From the human T2T-CHM13v2.0 reference genome, Homo sapiens: 64,000 bases of DNA. The notes under the pieces are model-generated. The model made no database searches. It was not told the DNA's origin and worked only from the letters and a program-made list of their open reading frames with translations. A program made the position numbers and the translations under genes. The stretch lies in NCBI RefSeq assembly GCF_009914755.1, contig NC_060947.1. One strand, written 5' to 3'. Shown one piece after another: positions 13,346 to 31,439 of the stretch (the stretch's first letter is position 1; each line of letters begins with the position of its first letter).

Positions 13346-13939
13346 TCAAAATTTATTCCTCCTGTCTAACTGAAACTTTGTATCCTTTGACCAATAACTC
13401 CCTATTCCTTCCCTCCAGACCCTTTCTCTACCCCTCAGCCTCTGGTAAACACTATTCCATTCTCTACTTCTATGAGTTAACTCTTTTCGATTCCACATGT
13501 GAGATCATGCTGTATTTGTCTTTCTGTGTCTGCTTATTTCATGTGGTGTAATATCTTCCACTGTTACAAATGTTGGAATTTCCTTCTTTTGTATGGCTGA
13601 ATAGTATTGCATTACGTAGATATACCAAATTTTCTTTATTCATTCATCTGCTGATGGACACTTAGGTTGATATATCTTGTCTATTGTGAAATATGCTGCA
13701 ATGAAGATGAGAGTGCAGATATTCCTTTAATATACTGATTTCAATTCCTTTGGATATATATCCAGAAGTGGGGTTGCCAGATCATATGATATTTCTATTT
13801 TTAGTTTTTTGAGGAACCTCTATATTGTCTTCCATTATGAAGTATTCATTTGCATTGCCACCAACACTGTGCAAGGGTTCCCTTTTCTTCACATCCTCAC
13901 CAATACTCATTGTCTTTCCTCTTTTTGATAAAATTTGTT

Positions 13940-14626
13940 ATGGCCATAATCAAAAAATAATGGGTGTTGGTGTGGATGTGGTGAAAAGGGAAAACTATTA
14001 CACTGCTGGTGGGAATGTAGACTGGTACAACCACTGTGGAAAATAGTTTGGAGATTCCTTAAAGAACTAAAAATAGATCTACCATTTGATCCAGCAATCC
14101 CACTCCTGGGTATTTACCCAGAGGAAAATAAGTCATCCATATGAAAAAGATACTTGCACATGCATGTTTATAGCAGCACAATTCGCAATTGCAAAAATAT
14201 GGAACCAGCCCAAATGCCCATCAATCAATGAGTGGATAAAGAAAATGTGATATATATATACACCATGGAACACTACTCAGCCATAAAAATGAATGAAATA
14301 ATGGCATTTGCAGCAACTTGAATGGAATTTGGAGACCATTATTCTAAGTGAAGTAACTCAGGAATGGAAAACCAAACATCATATGTTCTCACTCATAAGT
14401 GGGAGCTAAGCTATGAGGACACAAAGGCATAAGAATAATACCATGGACTTTGGGGACTGAGGGGAAAGGGTGGGAGGGGGAAGAGGGTTAAAAGACTACA
14501 CATTGGGTACAGTGTACACTGCTCTGGTAATGGATGCACAAAATCTCAGAAATCACCACTAAAGAACTTACTAATATAACTAAACACCAAATGTTCCCCA
14601 AAAAGCTATTGAAATTAAAAATAAAA
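13940..14626 (+). mobile_element. 5'-truncated L1PB-like 3' end inserted antisense into the older L1
   Basis: gggtacagtgtacactgctc...aatctcagaaatcaccactaaagaactt 3'UTR; host ...ctttttgataa / aagccattctaacagg resumes after it. Confidence 0.85.
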
Positions 14627-14759
14627 GCCATTCTAACAGGTGTGAGATGATAGCTCATGGTGATTTTAATTTGCATTTCCCTATGATTAGTGATACTAAA
14701 CAATTTTTCATGAGCCGGTTGGCTATTTGTATGTCTTCCTTTAAGAAATACCTGTACAG

Positions 14760-15065
14760 GGCCGGGCACAGTGGCTCATTCCTGTAATCCCAGCACTTTG
14801 GGAGGCTGAGGCAAGTGGATCACAAGGTCAGGAGATCGAGACCATCCTGGCTAACACGGTGAAACCCTGTCTCTACTAAAAATACAAAAAATTAGCAGGG
14901 CGTGGTGGCAGGCGCCTGTAGTCCCAGCTACTCGGGGGGGCTGAGGCAGGAGAATGGCGTGAACCCAGGAGGCGGAGCTTGCAGTGAGCGGAGATAGCGC
15001 CACTGCACTCCAGCCTGGGCAACAGAGCGAGACTTCCGTCTCAAAAAAAAAAAAAGAAAGAAAGA
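14760..15065 (+). mobile_element. AluY-like
   Basis: Diagnostic gagatcgagaccatcctggctaacacggtg and ggagaatggcgtgaaccc; TSD aagaaatacct(g/a)t(a/t)cag. Confidence 0.95.
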
Positions 15066-15083
15066 AAGAAATACCTATTCAGA

Positions 15084-15385
15084 GGCTGGGCGCAGTGGCT
15101 CACGGCTGTAATCACAGCATTTTGGGAGGCTGAGACAGGCAGATCACGAGCTCAGGAGACAGAGACCATCCTGGCTAACATGGTGAAACCCCATCTCTAC
15201 TAAAAATACAAAAAATTAGCCAGGCGTGGTGGTGGGTGCCTGTAGTCCCAGCTACCTGGGAGGCTGAGGCAGGAGAATGGCATGAACCCGGGGGAGGTGG
15301 AGCTTGCAGCAAGCCGAGATCACGCCACTGCACTCCAGACTGGGTGACAGAGCAAGACTCCATCTCAAAAAAAAAAAAAACAAAA
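15084..15385 (+). mobile_element. AluY-like, tandem to the previous copy
   Basis: accatcctggctaaca...ggagaatggcatgaacccg...gagcttgcag. Confidence 0.93.
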
Positions 15386-16549
15386 AACCTGTTCAGGTCC
15401 TTTGCCCATTTTTATAATTTAAAAAAATAATTTCACCTTTTATTTTAGATCCTGGGGGTGCATGTGCAGGTCTGTCACCTAGGAACACTACAGGATGCTA
15501 AGGTTTGGGTTATAGTTGATCCCATCACCCACTTTACCCATCTTTTAATCAGGTTGTTTGTTTTCTTGCTATTGAGTTTTCTATATATTTTGTATATTAA
15601 TCCTTTATCAGATTCTCCCACTCCATGGTTGTCTCTTTGTTAATTGTTTCCTTTGTTGTGCAAAAACCTTTAAGTTTGATGTAATTCCCTTTGCCTATTT
15701 TTTCTCTTGCTGCCTGTGTTTTCAGGATCATATAAAAAAAAAAAATCATTGCTCAGACCAGTATTGTTGAATGTTTCCCTTATGTTTTCTTCTAGTAGTT
15801 TTATAGTTTCAGGTCTTATATTTAAGTCTTCAAATAATTTCGGGTTGGTTTTTGTACATGGGGTGAAATAAGGATCAAATTTCATTCTTCTGCATGTGGC
15901 TATTCAATTTTCCCAACATCATTTACTTTTAATTTCCTCATTGTGTGTCCTTGGCACCTTTGTTGAAAAGCAATTGACTATAAATTCATTAGTTTATTTC
16001 TGGGCTTTCTATCCTGTTCCGTTGGTTGATGTGTCTTTTTTATGCCAGTACCATGCTGTTTTAATCACCATCACCTTATAATATAGTTTGAAATCAGGGA
16101 GTGTTATGCCTCCAACTTTGTTCATTTTGCTCAAGATTGTTTTGGTTTTTGGGGGTATTTTGTGGTTCCATATGAATTTAAGGATTTTTTTTTCTATTTC
16201 TGTGAAAACTAATATTGGAATTTTGATAGTGGTTGCATTGAATCTGTCTATTGCTTTGGGTAGTATGGCCATTTTAAGAATATTAATTCTTCTGATCCAT
16301 GAACATGGGATACATTTTTATTTATTCATATTTTCTTCTATTTATTTCACTAGTTTTTTATACTTTGTAGTATGCAATTCTATTACCTCCTTAGTTAAAT
16401 TTACTCCTAAGCATTTTTACTGTTGTTGCTGCTATTGTAAATGGGATTGCTTTCTTAATTTTTGTATCCTGCAACTTTACTAAATTTAGTTATCAGTTCT
16501 AACAGTTTTTTGGTGGAGCCCTTAAGGTTTTCTACATGTAAATCATGTA

Positions 16550-16690
16550 GGCCAGGCATGGTAGCTTATGCCTGTAATCCTAGCACTTTGGGAAACCAAG
16601 GTGGGAGGATCACAAGAGCCTCAGATTTCAAGATCAGCCTGGGCAACATAGGAAGACTCCATCTTTACAAAAAAAATAAAAATAAAAATA
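16550..16690 (+). mobile_element. Alu left monomer (FLAM-like)
   Basis: Single arm with A-rich tail. Confidence 0.85.
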
Positions 16691-19600
16691 GGAGAACCAG
16701 AGCAAGATGGCAGAATAGAAGGCTCCACTGATGGTCCCCCACCCACAAGGACGCCAATTTAACAACTATCTACACAGAAAAGACACCTTTATAAGAACCA
16801 AAAGTTAGGTGAACACTCATAGTACCTGCTTTTAACTTCATATTGCTGAAAGAGGCACAGAAGAAGTATTAAAAAAAAAAGTCCTGAATCACCCCTGGCA
16901 ATGGCAGCATGGTACAGAGTGTCCCTGGGTGCTGGGGGAGGGATAACACAGTATTGTGAAGCAGTTAACTCAATGCTGTTCTGTTAGAGCAGAAAGGAAA
17001 ACTAAACCAAACTCAGCCGATGACCACCCATGAAGGGAGTATTTGAATCTGCCCTAGCCAGAGGGGACTTGCTGATCCCAGCAGTCAGAACTTGAGTTCC
17101 TGTAGACCTTGCCACCAAGGGCTGCAATGTTCTGTATCTCCAAGTAAACTTGAAAGGCAGTCTAGGCCATAAGGACTGCAACTCTTAGGCGAGTCCTAGT
17201 ATTGAACTAGGCCCAGAAACAGTGGACTTTTGGGGGTGCAGGGGCATGTGACATACTGAGATACCAGCTGGAGCAGCCAAGGGAGTGCTGGCATCAACCC
17301 TGCCTTAACCACAGGCTGCACAGCTCATGGCTCCAAAAGAGACCTCTTCCTTCTGCTTGAAGAGAGGAGACAGAAGAATGGGAAGGACTTTGTCTTGCAT
17401 CTTGGATACCAGCTCAGCCACAGCAGGCTAGGGCACTGGCCAGTGTTGTGAGGCCTCTCTTCCAGGCCCTACCTCCAAGATAACATTTCTAGACACACCC
17501 TGGCCAGAAATGAACCTGCTGACTTGAAAGAAAGGACTCAGTCCTGTCAGCCTTCATCACCTGTTAACTGAAGAGCCCTTGAGCCCTGAATAACCAGAAG
17601 TGATACCCAGGTACTACATTGAGGGCCTTCAATGAGCCTGTGAAACTCGCTGGATTCAGGTGAGACTCAGCACATTACCAGCTGTGGTGGCTACTAGGCA
17701 AAACCCCTTCTGCTTGAGAAAAGCAGAAGGAAAAGTAAAGGGGACTTTGTGTTGCAACTTAGGTACCAACCATCATGGCCACAGGGGGATAGAGCACCAA
17801 GTGGGTTCCTGGGGTCACAAATTCTGTGACTTGACTCTTGGATGGCATTTCTGGACCTGACCTGGACCAAAGAGGAGCCCATTTCCCTGAAGGGTGAGTC
17901 CCAGGCCAAGCAGCATTTACCACAAGCTGACTTAAGAGGTATTGGGCATTAAGGGAACATTTGCAGTAGTCTGGCAGTTCTCATGGTCTGGGGTGGTGGT
18001 GGCTATAAGGTGAGTGCTCCTCTGCCTTTGGAAAGGTGAGGCAAGACTGAGAAAGACTGCATCTTGTGGCATGATTGCCAGCTCAGCCACAGTACACTAG
18101 AACACCAGGTAGAGGTCTAAGGTTTTGACTCTATTCCCTAATTCCTGGACAGCACCTCTGGACCAACCCAGGGCCTGGGAGACCTCGCCACCCTGACGGG
18201 AAGGATGCAGGCCTAGCAGGCTTTGCCCCTGGGCTGAGCGTAGAGCCCCAGGGCCTAGAGAGAACATAGGCAGTAGCTAGGGAGTAGTTACAGCAGGCTT
18301 TGGGTGAGGCCCAGTGCTGTGCTGGCTTTAGGTCTAACCCAGCACAGTTATAGTAGTGGTGGCCACAGGGATGCTTATGTCATTCCACCCCCACCTTTAG
18401 GTGGCTCAGAACAAAAAGAGAGAGACTCTGATTGTTTGGGAGAGAGTAAGAAAAGAGAACAGGAGTCTCTGCCTGGTAATCCAGAGAGTTCTTCTGGATC
18501 TTGTCCAAGACCATCAAGGCAGTACCTCTATGAGTCTGCAAGAACCACAGTGTTACTGGGCTTGGGGTGCCCCCTAAAGCAGATACAGCTGAGGTTACAA
18601 TACTCAAGTCCTTTCAAATATCTAAAAAGCCCTCCGAAGATGAAGGGGTACAAATAAACCCAGACAGTGAAGACTACAATAAATACTTAATTCTTCAATG
18701 GCCAGACACCAACAAATATCTACAGGCATCAACACCATCCAGGAAAACATGACCTCACCAAATAAACTAAACAAGCCACCAGGGATCAACCCTGGAGAAA
18801 TAGAGATACATGATCTTTCAGACAGAGAATACAAAATAGCTGTGTTCAGGAAACTCAAAGAAATTCAAGGTAACACAGAGAAGGAATTCAGAATTCTATC
18901 AGATAAATTTAACAAAGAGATTATAATAAGTAAAAAGACTCAATCAGAAATGCCTGAGTGAAAAATGCAATAGGCGTACTAAAAAATGCATCAGAGTCCT
19001 TTAATAGTGGAACTGATCAAGTAGAAGACAGAATTAGTGAGCCTGAAGACAGTTTATTTGAAATACACAGTCAAAGGAGACAAAAAAAGAAGAATAAATG
19101 ATGAAACACAGCAACAGGATCTAGAAAATGGCCTCAAATGGGCAAATCTAAGAATTATTGGCCTTAAACAGGAGGTAGAGAAAGAGATAGGGGTAGAAAG
19201 TTTATTCAAAGGGATAATAACAGAGAACTTCCCAAACCTAGAGAAAGATAGCAATATTCAAGGTAAAGATTACAGAACACCAAGCAGATTTAACCCAAAG
19301 AGTACTACCTCAAGGCACTTAATAATCAAACTCCCAAAGGTCAAGGATAAAGAAAGGATCCTAAAAGTGGCAAGAGAAAAGAAGCGAATAACATACAATG
19401 GAGCTCCAATAATAGTAAGTACACAGAAAAACAATATTGTAACACTGTAACAGTGGTGTGCAAACTACTCTTAGCCTAAATATAAAGACTAAACAATAAA
19501 CCAATCAAATATTATAACTAGAACAACTTTTCAAGATATAGTCAGTACAATAATAATATATAAATAGAAACAATGAGAAGTTAAAATGCAGAAAAATTAA

Positions 19601-20202
19601 GTTAAGGAATAGAGTCTATTAGTTTTATTTTTGCTTGTTTGTTTATGCAAACAGCGTTAAAGTTGTTATCAGGTTAAAATAATGAGGCTTACAAATAAGA
19701 TAGTATTTGTAAGCCTCACGGTAACCTTAAATTAAAAAATATACAACGGATACACAAAAAATAAAAAGCAAGAAACTAAAACATATCACCAGAGAAAATC
19801 ACTTCCGATAAAAGAAGAGAGGAAGAAAAGACAGAAGGAAGAGAAGACCAGAAAAAACAACCAGAACACAAATAACAAAATGGCAGGAGTAAGACCTTAC
19901 GTATCAATAATAATATTGAATGTAATGCATGTAATGAATATAATGTAATGTAATGAATGTAATATTGAATGTAAATGGACTCAACTCTCCCATGAAAAGA
20001 CATAGAGTGGCTGAATGGATGAAAAAACCAGAGCCATTGATCTGTTGCCTACAAGAAACACACTTCACCTATAAATACAGATATAGACTGAAAATAAAGG
20101 GATGGAAAAATATATTCCATGCTAATGGAAACCAAAAAAGAGCTTGAGTAGCTCTACTTGTATTAGACAAAATAAAGTTCAAGACAAAAACTATGGCAGT
20201 TC

Positions 20203-20212
20203 CAAGATGGCC
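20203..20212 (+). promoter_or_regulatory. YY1 site of the L1 internal promoter
   Basis: CAAGATGGCC at the canonical position near the L1 5' end. Confidence 0.8.
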
Positions 20213-21218
20213 AAATAGTAACAGCTCCAGTCTACAGCTCCCAGCATGAGCAACGCAGAAGATGGGTGATTTCTGCATTTCCAACTCAGGTACTGGGTTC
20301 ATCTCACTGGGGATTGTCAGACAGTGGGTGCAAGACAGTGGGTACAGCGCACTGAGCATGAGCCGAAGCAGGGAGAGACATCACCTCACCCAGGAAATGC
20401 AATGGGTCAGGGAATTCCCTTTCCTAGCCAAGAAAAGCTGTGACAGAAGGCACCTGGAAAATCGGGTCACTCCCACCCTAATACTACGCTCTTCCAATGG
20501 TCTTAGCAAACGGCACACTAGGAGATTATATCCCACGCCTGGCTCAGAGGGTGTCATGCCCACAGAGCCTCACTCATTGCTAGCACAGCAGTCTGAGATC
20601 GAACTGCAAGGCGGCAGTGAGGCTGGGGGAGGGGCGCCCACCATTGCTGAGAATTGAGTAGGTAAACAAAGCGGCCAGGAAGCTTGAACTGGGTGGAGCC
20701 CACTGCAGCTCAAGGAGGCCTGCCTGCCTCTGTAGACTTCACCTCTGGGGGCAGGGTATAGCCGAATAAAAGGCAGCAGAAACCTGTGCAGATTTAAATG
20801 TCCCTGTCTGACAGCTTTGAAGAGAGTAGTGGTTCTCCCAGCACAGAGTTTGAGATCCGAGAACAGAGAGACTGCCTCCTCAAGTGGGTCCCTGACCCCC
20901 GAGTAGCCTAACTGGGAGGCACTCCCCAGTAGGGGCAGACTGACACCTCACACGGCCGGGTACCTCTCTGAGATGAAACCTCCAGAGGAACGATCAGGCA
21001 GCAACATTTGCTGTTCAGCAATATTCGCTGTTCTGCAGCCTCTGCTGCTGATACCCAGGCAAACAGGGTCTGGAGTGGACCTCCAGCAAACTCCAACAGA
21101 CCTGCAGCTGAGGGTCCTCACTGTCAGAAGGAAAATTACAAACAGAAAGGACATCCACACCAAAACCCCATCTGTACGTCACCATCATCAAAGACCAAAG
21201 GTAGATAAAACCAAAAAG

Positions 21219-22235
21219 ATGGGGAAGAAACAGAGCAGAAAAAGTGAAAATTCTACAAATCAGAGCACCTCTCCTTGTCCAAAGGAACACAGCTCCTCAC
21301 CAGCAATGGAACAAAACTGGATGGAGAATGACTTTGACGAGCTGAGAGAAGAAGCCTTCAGACGATCAAACTTCTCTGAGCTAAAGGAAGAAGGTCAAAA
21401 CCATCGCAAAGAAGTTAAAAACCTTGAAAAAAGATTAGATGAATGGCTAACTAGAATAACCAATGCAGAGAAGTCCTTAAAGGACCTGATGGAGCTGAAA
21501 ACCATGGCACAAGAACTACATGACACATGCACAAGCTTCAGTAGCCAATTCGATCAACTGGAGGAAAAGGTATCAGTGATTGAAAATCAAAAGAATGAAA
21601 TGAAGCGAGAAAAGAAGTTTAGAGAAAAAAGAATAAAAAGAAATGAACAAAGCCTCCAAGAAATATGGGACTATGTGAAAAGACCAAATCTATGTCTGAT
21701 TGGTATACCTCAAAGTGATGGGGAGAGTGGAACCAAGTTGGAAAACACTCTGCAGGATACTATACAGGAGAACTTCCCCAATCTATCAAGGCAGGGCAAC
21801 ATTCAAATTCAGGAAATACAGAGAATGCTACAAAGATACTCCTCGAGAAGAGCAACTCCCAGACACATAATTGTCAGATTCACCAAAGTTGAAATGAAGG
21901 AAAAAATGTTAAGGGCAGCCAGAGAGAAAGGTCGGGTTACCCACAAAGGGAGGCCCATCAGACTAACAGCTGATCTCTCAGCAGAAACTCTACAAGCCAG
22001 AAGACAGTGGGGGCCAATATTCAACATTCCTAAAGAAAAGAACTTTCAACCCAGAATTTCATATCCAACCAAACTAAGCTTCATAAGTGAAGGAGAAATA
22101 AAATCCTTTACAGGAAAGCAAATGTGGAGAGATTTTGTCACCACCAGGCCTGCCCTAAAAGAGGTCCTGAAGGAAGCACTAAACATGGAAAGGAACAACT
22201 GGTACCAGCCACTGCAAAAACATCCCAAATTGTAA
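21219..22235 (+). CDS. Intact L1 ORF1p (338 aa RNA-binding chaperone)
   Basis: MGKKQSRK...YQPLQKHPKL*; 1017 nt, canonical length. REKG and ARR motifs kept; YPAKLS changed to YPTKLS. Expression not shown by sequence. Confidence 0.85.
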   Translation: MGKKQSRKSENSTNQSTSPCPKEHSSSPAMEQNWMENDFDELREEAFRRSNFSELKEEGQNHRKEVKNLEKRLDEWLTRITNAEKSLKDLMELKTMAQELHDTCTSFSSQFDQLEEKVSVIENQKNEMKREKKFREKRIKRNEQSLQEIWDYVKRPNLCLIGIPQSDGESGTKLENTLQDTIQENFPNLSRQGNIQIQEIQRMLQRYSSRRATPRHIIVRFTKVEMKEKMLRAAREKGRVTHKGRPIRLTADLSAETLQARRQWGPIFNIPKEKNFQPRISYPTKLSFISEGEIKSFTGKQMWRDFVTTRPALKEVLKEALNMERNNWYQPLQKHPKL

Positions 22236-22298
22236 AGATCATCAAGGCTAGGAAGAAACTGCATCAACTAACGAGCAAAATAACCAGCTAACATCAGA

Positions 22299-26122
<3,824 letters not shown>

Positions 26123-27026
26123 TGAGAACACTTGGACACAGGAAGGGGAACATCACACACTGGGGCCTGTTGTTGGGTAGGGGGAGGGGGGAGGGATAGC
26201 ATTAGGAGATATACCTAATGTAAAGGACGAGTTAATGGGTGCAGCACACCAACATGGCACACGTATACATATGTAAATAACCTGCACATTGTGCACGTGT
26301 ACCCTAGAACTTAAAGTATAATTTAAAAAATATATGAAAAAAAGACAAAAACTATAAGAAGAGACAAGGAAGTTCACTATATAATGATAAATGGGTCAAT
26401 TCAGCAAGAGGATATAATAATTTTAAATATATAGGCACCCAACACTTGAGCACCCAGATATATAAAGGAAATATTATTAGAGTAGAGAGAGAGATAGGCC
26501 CCAATGCAATAATATCTGGAGACTTTAAAACCCCATTTTCAGCATCAGACAGGTCTTCCAGACATAAAATCAACAAAGGAACATTGGACTTAACCTGCAC
26601 TATAGACCAAATAGATCTAATAGTTATTTATGGAACATTTCTTCCAATGGCTTCAGAATACACATTCTTTTCCTCAGCACATGGATCTTTCTCAAGGATA
26701 GACCACATGTTAGGTCACAAAACAAGCCTTAAGAGATTCAAAAGAAAAACTGTAATAATATCAAGAATTTTCTCTGACCACGATGAAATAAAATTAGAAA
26801 TCAATAACAAGTAGAATTTTGGAAACTACATAAATACATGGAATTTAAACAATATGCTCCTGAATGGCCAATGGGCCAATGAAGAAATTAAGAAGGAAAT
26901 TGAAAAATTTATTGAAACAAATAATGGAAACACAATGTACAAAAACCTATGAGATATAGCAAAAGCAGTACTCAGAGGAAAGTTTATAGCTATCAGTGCC
27001 TACATCAAAAAAGAGGAAGGCATTCA

Positions 27027-27322
27027 GGCCAGGTGTGGTGGCTCACACCTGTAATCCCAGCACTTTGGGAGGCCGAGGTGGACAGATTACCTTAGGTCAA
27101 GAGTTCAAGACCAGCCTGGCCAATATGGTGAAACCCCGTCTCTACTAAAAAATAAAAAATTAGCCAGACATGGTGGCAGGCACCTGAAATCCCAGCTACT
27201 CAGAAGGATGAGGCAGGAGAATTGCTTGAACCTGGGAGGCAGAGGTTGCAGTGAGCCGAGTTCGTTCCACTTTACTCCAGCATGGGTGACAGAGTGAGAC
27301 TCCGTCTCAAAACAAAAAAAAA
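27027..27322 (+). mobile_element. Alu (AluS-like) within L1MA ORF2
   Basis: TSD aaagaggaa(g/a)gc(a/c)ttca. Confidence 0.93.
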
Positions 27323-27384
27323 TAGAGAAAGAGGAAAGCCTTCAATTAAACATCTAAAGATGCATCTTAAAGAGCTAGAAAAGC

Positions 27385-27605
27385 CACAATCTGCCTCCGG
27401 GTTCAAGCTATTCTTATGCATCAGCACTGAGTAGCTGGGACTACAGGCAGGCGTCACCACGCCCAGCTAATTTTTGTATTTTTTTAGTAGAGACAGGGTT
27501 TCGCCAGGTTGGCCAGGCTGGTCTTGAAATTCTGGCCTCAGGTGATCCGCCTGCCTCGGCCTCCCAAACTGATGGGATTACAGGCACGAGCCACTGCTCC
27601 CAGCC
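27385..27605 (-). mobile_element. Alu (AluS-like) lacking its 3' end
   Basis: Reverse Alu abutting the broken end of the L1MA. Confidence 0.9.
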
Positions 27606-27647
27606 AAAAAAAATTTCTTTAAAGCAGTCTTTAAGACTCATTCTTCC

Positions 27648-28021
<374 letters not shown>

Positions 28022-28471
28022 TCATAGCGCCCTTGATTTCAACTCCTCTACAACAGCCCTTGTATTTTCAACATGTTCAGGTTTATCTGGTTCTTGAAGA
28101 GCTTCCTAAATATACAATTAAGGGATGAATCCATCAAGGAAAATATCAAAAAGTTTGTAAACTCCTAAACATAAAAAAGCAAACTTAAAAGATTTTAAAA
28201 CCTGATTAAGTATTTGCCACAAAAGAAAAACGTTATTACCTTTAACTAAATATAGGAATCATATAAATATAATGAAACCAGCAAGCTTCCAATACAATAT
28301 GGGCAATGAACGTAAACAGACAACTCACAAAAGAAGATATATAACTTGTAAAAAACATAAGCAACATATTTCCACCTTTAAAGTAATTAATAAAATCCAA
28401 AATTATGAAATACATTTTCATCAAGTTAACAAAGTTTTTTTAAAAAATAATAATACTCAAAACCAATGAGG

Positions 28472-28785
28472 GGCTGGGCATAGTCTCTCATACCTATAAT
28501 CCCAGTGCTTTGGGAGGTTGAGGAGGGAGGATCACTTGAGACCAGGGATTTGAGAAGAGCCTGGGCAATATAGTGAGACTCCCATCTCTACAAAAAATTT
28601 AAAAACTATCTGAGCATGGTTGTGTGCACCTGTCGTCCCAGCTACTCAGGAGGCTGAAGTGAAAGGATCACTTGAGGCCAAGAGTCCAAGGCTGCAGTGA
28701 GCTATGGTCATGCCAGTGCACCCTAGCCTGGGCAAAAGAGTGAGACCTTGTTTCTAAACAACAATAACAACAACAACCAAAAAAA
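28472..28785 (+). mobile_element. Alu (AluJ-like)
   Basis: Diverged dimer with (AAC)n tail. Confidence 0.9.
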
Positions 28786-29035
28786 CTATTGAATCCACTT
28801 CTAAGGATGTATTCATAAGGATGCTCATTGTAGCATTATCTATAAAAGCAAAAAGAAAACACCTAACTTTCAACAATAGAAAAATAGCTATAAGTTATGG
28901 TACCTCACTATAATCAATTAATATGCAGCCAACTTAAAATGAGGTTGATAAATATCTTAACCAACGAATTCTCTCAGAAAAGCAGAATATGGAATATTAC
29001 ACTATGGTTTTAATTACTCAAGTATACCACACACA

Positions 29036-30378
<1,343 letters not shown>

Positions 30379-30383
30379 TAAAA

Positions 30384-30558
<175 letters not shown>

Positions 30559-30889
30559 CCAGCCCACACGGTTGTGGGATTTGTCCTTTTAAGAAAAAGT
30601 CATAGGATTTGATGATTCGATATCACTGGTTCCGATCAAGAAAGTACCTTCTGTAGAGGAGTATGAGCAGAAGGCATGTTGCTGGGCCTAAGGGGTAAAC
30701 AAGAGGGTAGAGGGAACTGCAGGCCTCAAGTAAAGACCAGGCTTTCAAGAAGTTTGGCAGACAAAGGGAAGATAGGGTCATGGCTTGAGAAGGCAGCAGA
30801 GAAGGCATATTTTGTGTTTGTTTTTAGGATAGGAAAGACTTTGAGGCCTAAAAAAGATGCACTGATAGCTATGTATGCACTCTTATGAA

Positions 30890-31132
30890 GGGTAACATAA
30901 AGTAGTGTCCAAGAGCACAGGCTCTGGGGCCATGAGTACCTGGGTTCAAATTCTGGTTTTGCCAGTTACCATAGGCAAGTCATTTATCCTCTCTGTGCCT
31001 CAGTTTTTTAATCAGTAAAATGGGAAGCATTACAATGCCTACCTCAGAATTGTTGCATGTAATAAATGGGATAATATTTGTAAAACATTTAGAACAGTAA
31101 CACAAAGTAAGTGTTCAATACGTGGCATTATT
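30890..31132 (+). mobile_element. MIR
   Basis: cctgggttcaaattctgg...ggcaagtcatttatcctctctgtgcctcagttttttaatcagtaaaatggg. Confidence 0.85.
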
Positions 31133-31439
31133 TAAGCAAAAATCACATGCAGGATATGATTGGATTTGGTTTCAATTTTGGTAAACTTTTTTTCCTTATT
31201 GTAAAAGTGATATATATGCCTTTAAAAAAAAAGTAGCTTTAAGGGGACCTCTACAAGACTTGGGTCACAGAGCAGACCAGCATCAACGCCATAGCTCCAA
31301 TAGAGTCTGCAGTCGTGGTGCCTAGGAGCAGTACGATTGCTCCACCCCACTTGCCTAATGGGGCTCGGCTCCAGCTCCCAGCCCAGTATTCCTGCTTTGG
31401 TCTGAACTCGGTGAGCCAGCCACTCCACCCACCACTACC

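Noticed and set aside
20381-20644. L1 antisense ORF0
   Set aside because: Starts at 20644 (MVGAPPPASLPPCSSISDCCASNE) but meets TGA at codon 25 (20570-20572). The 20381-20563 ORF in the track is only its downstream remnant.
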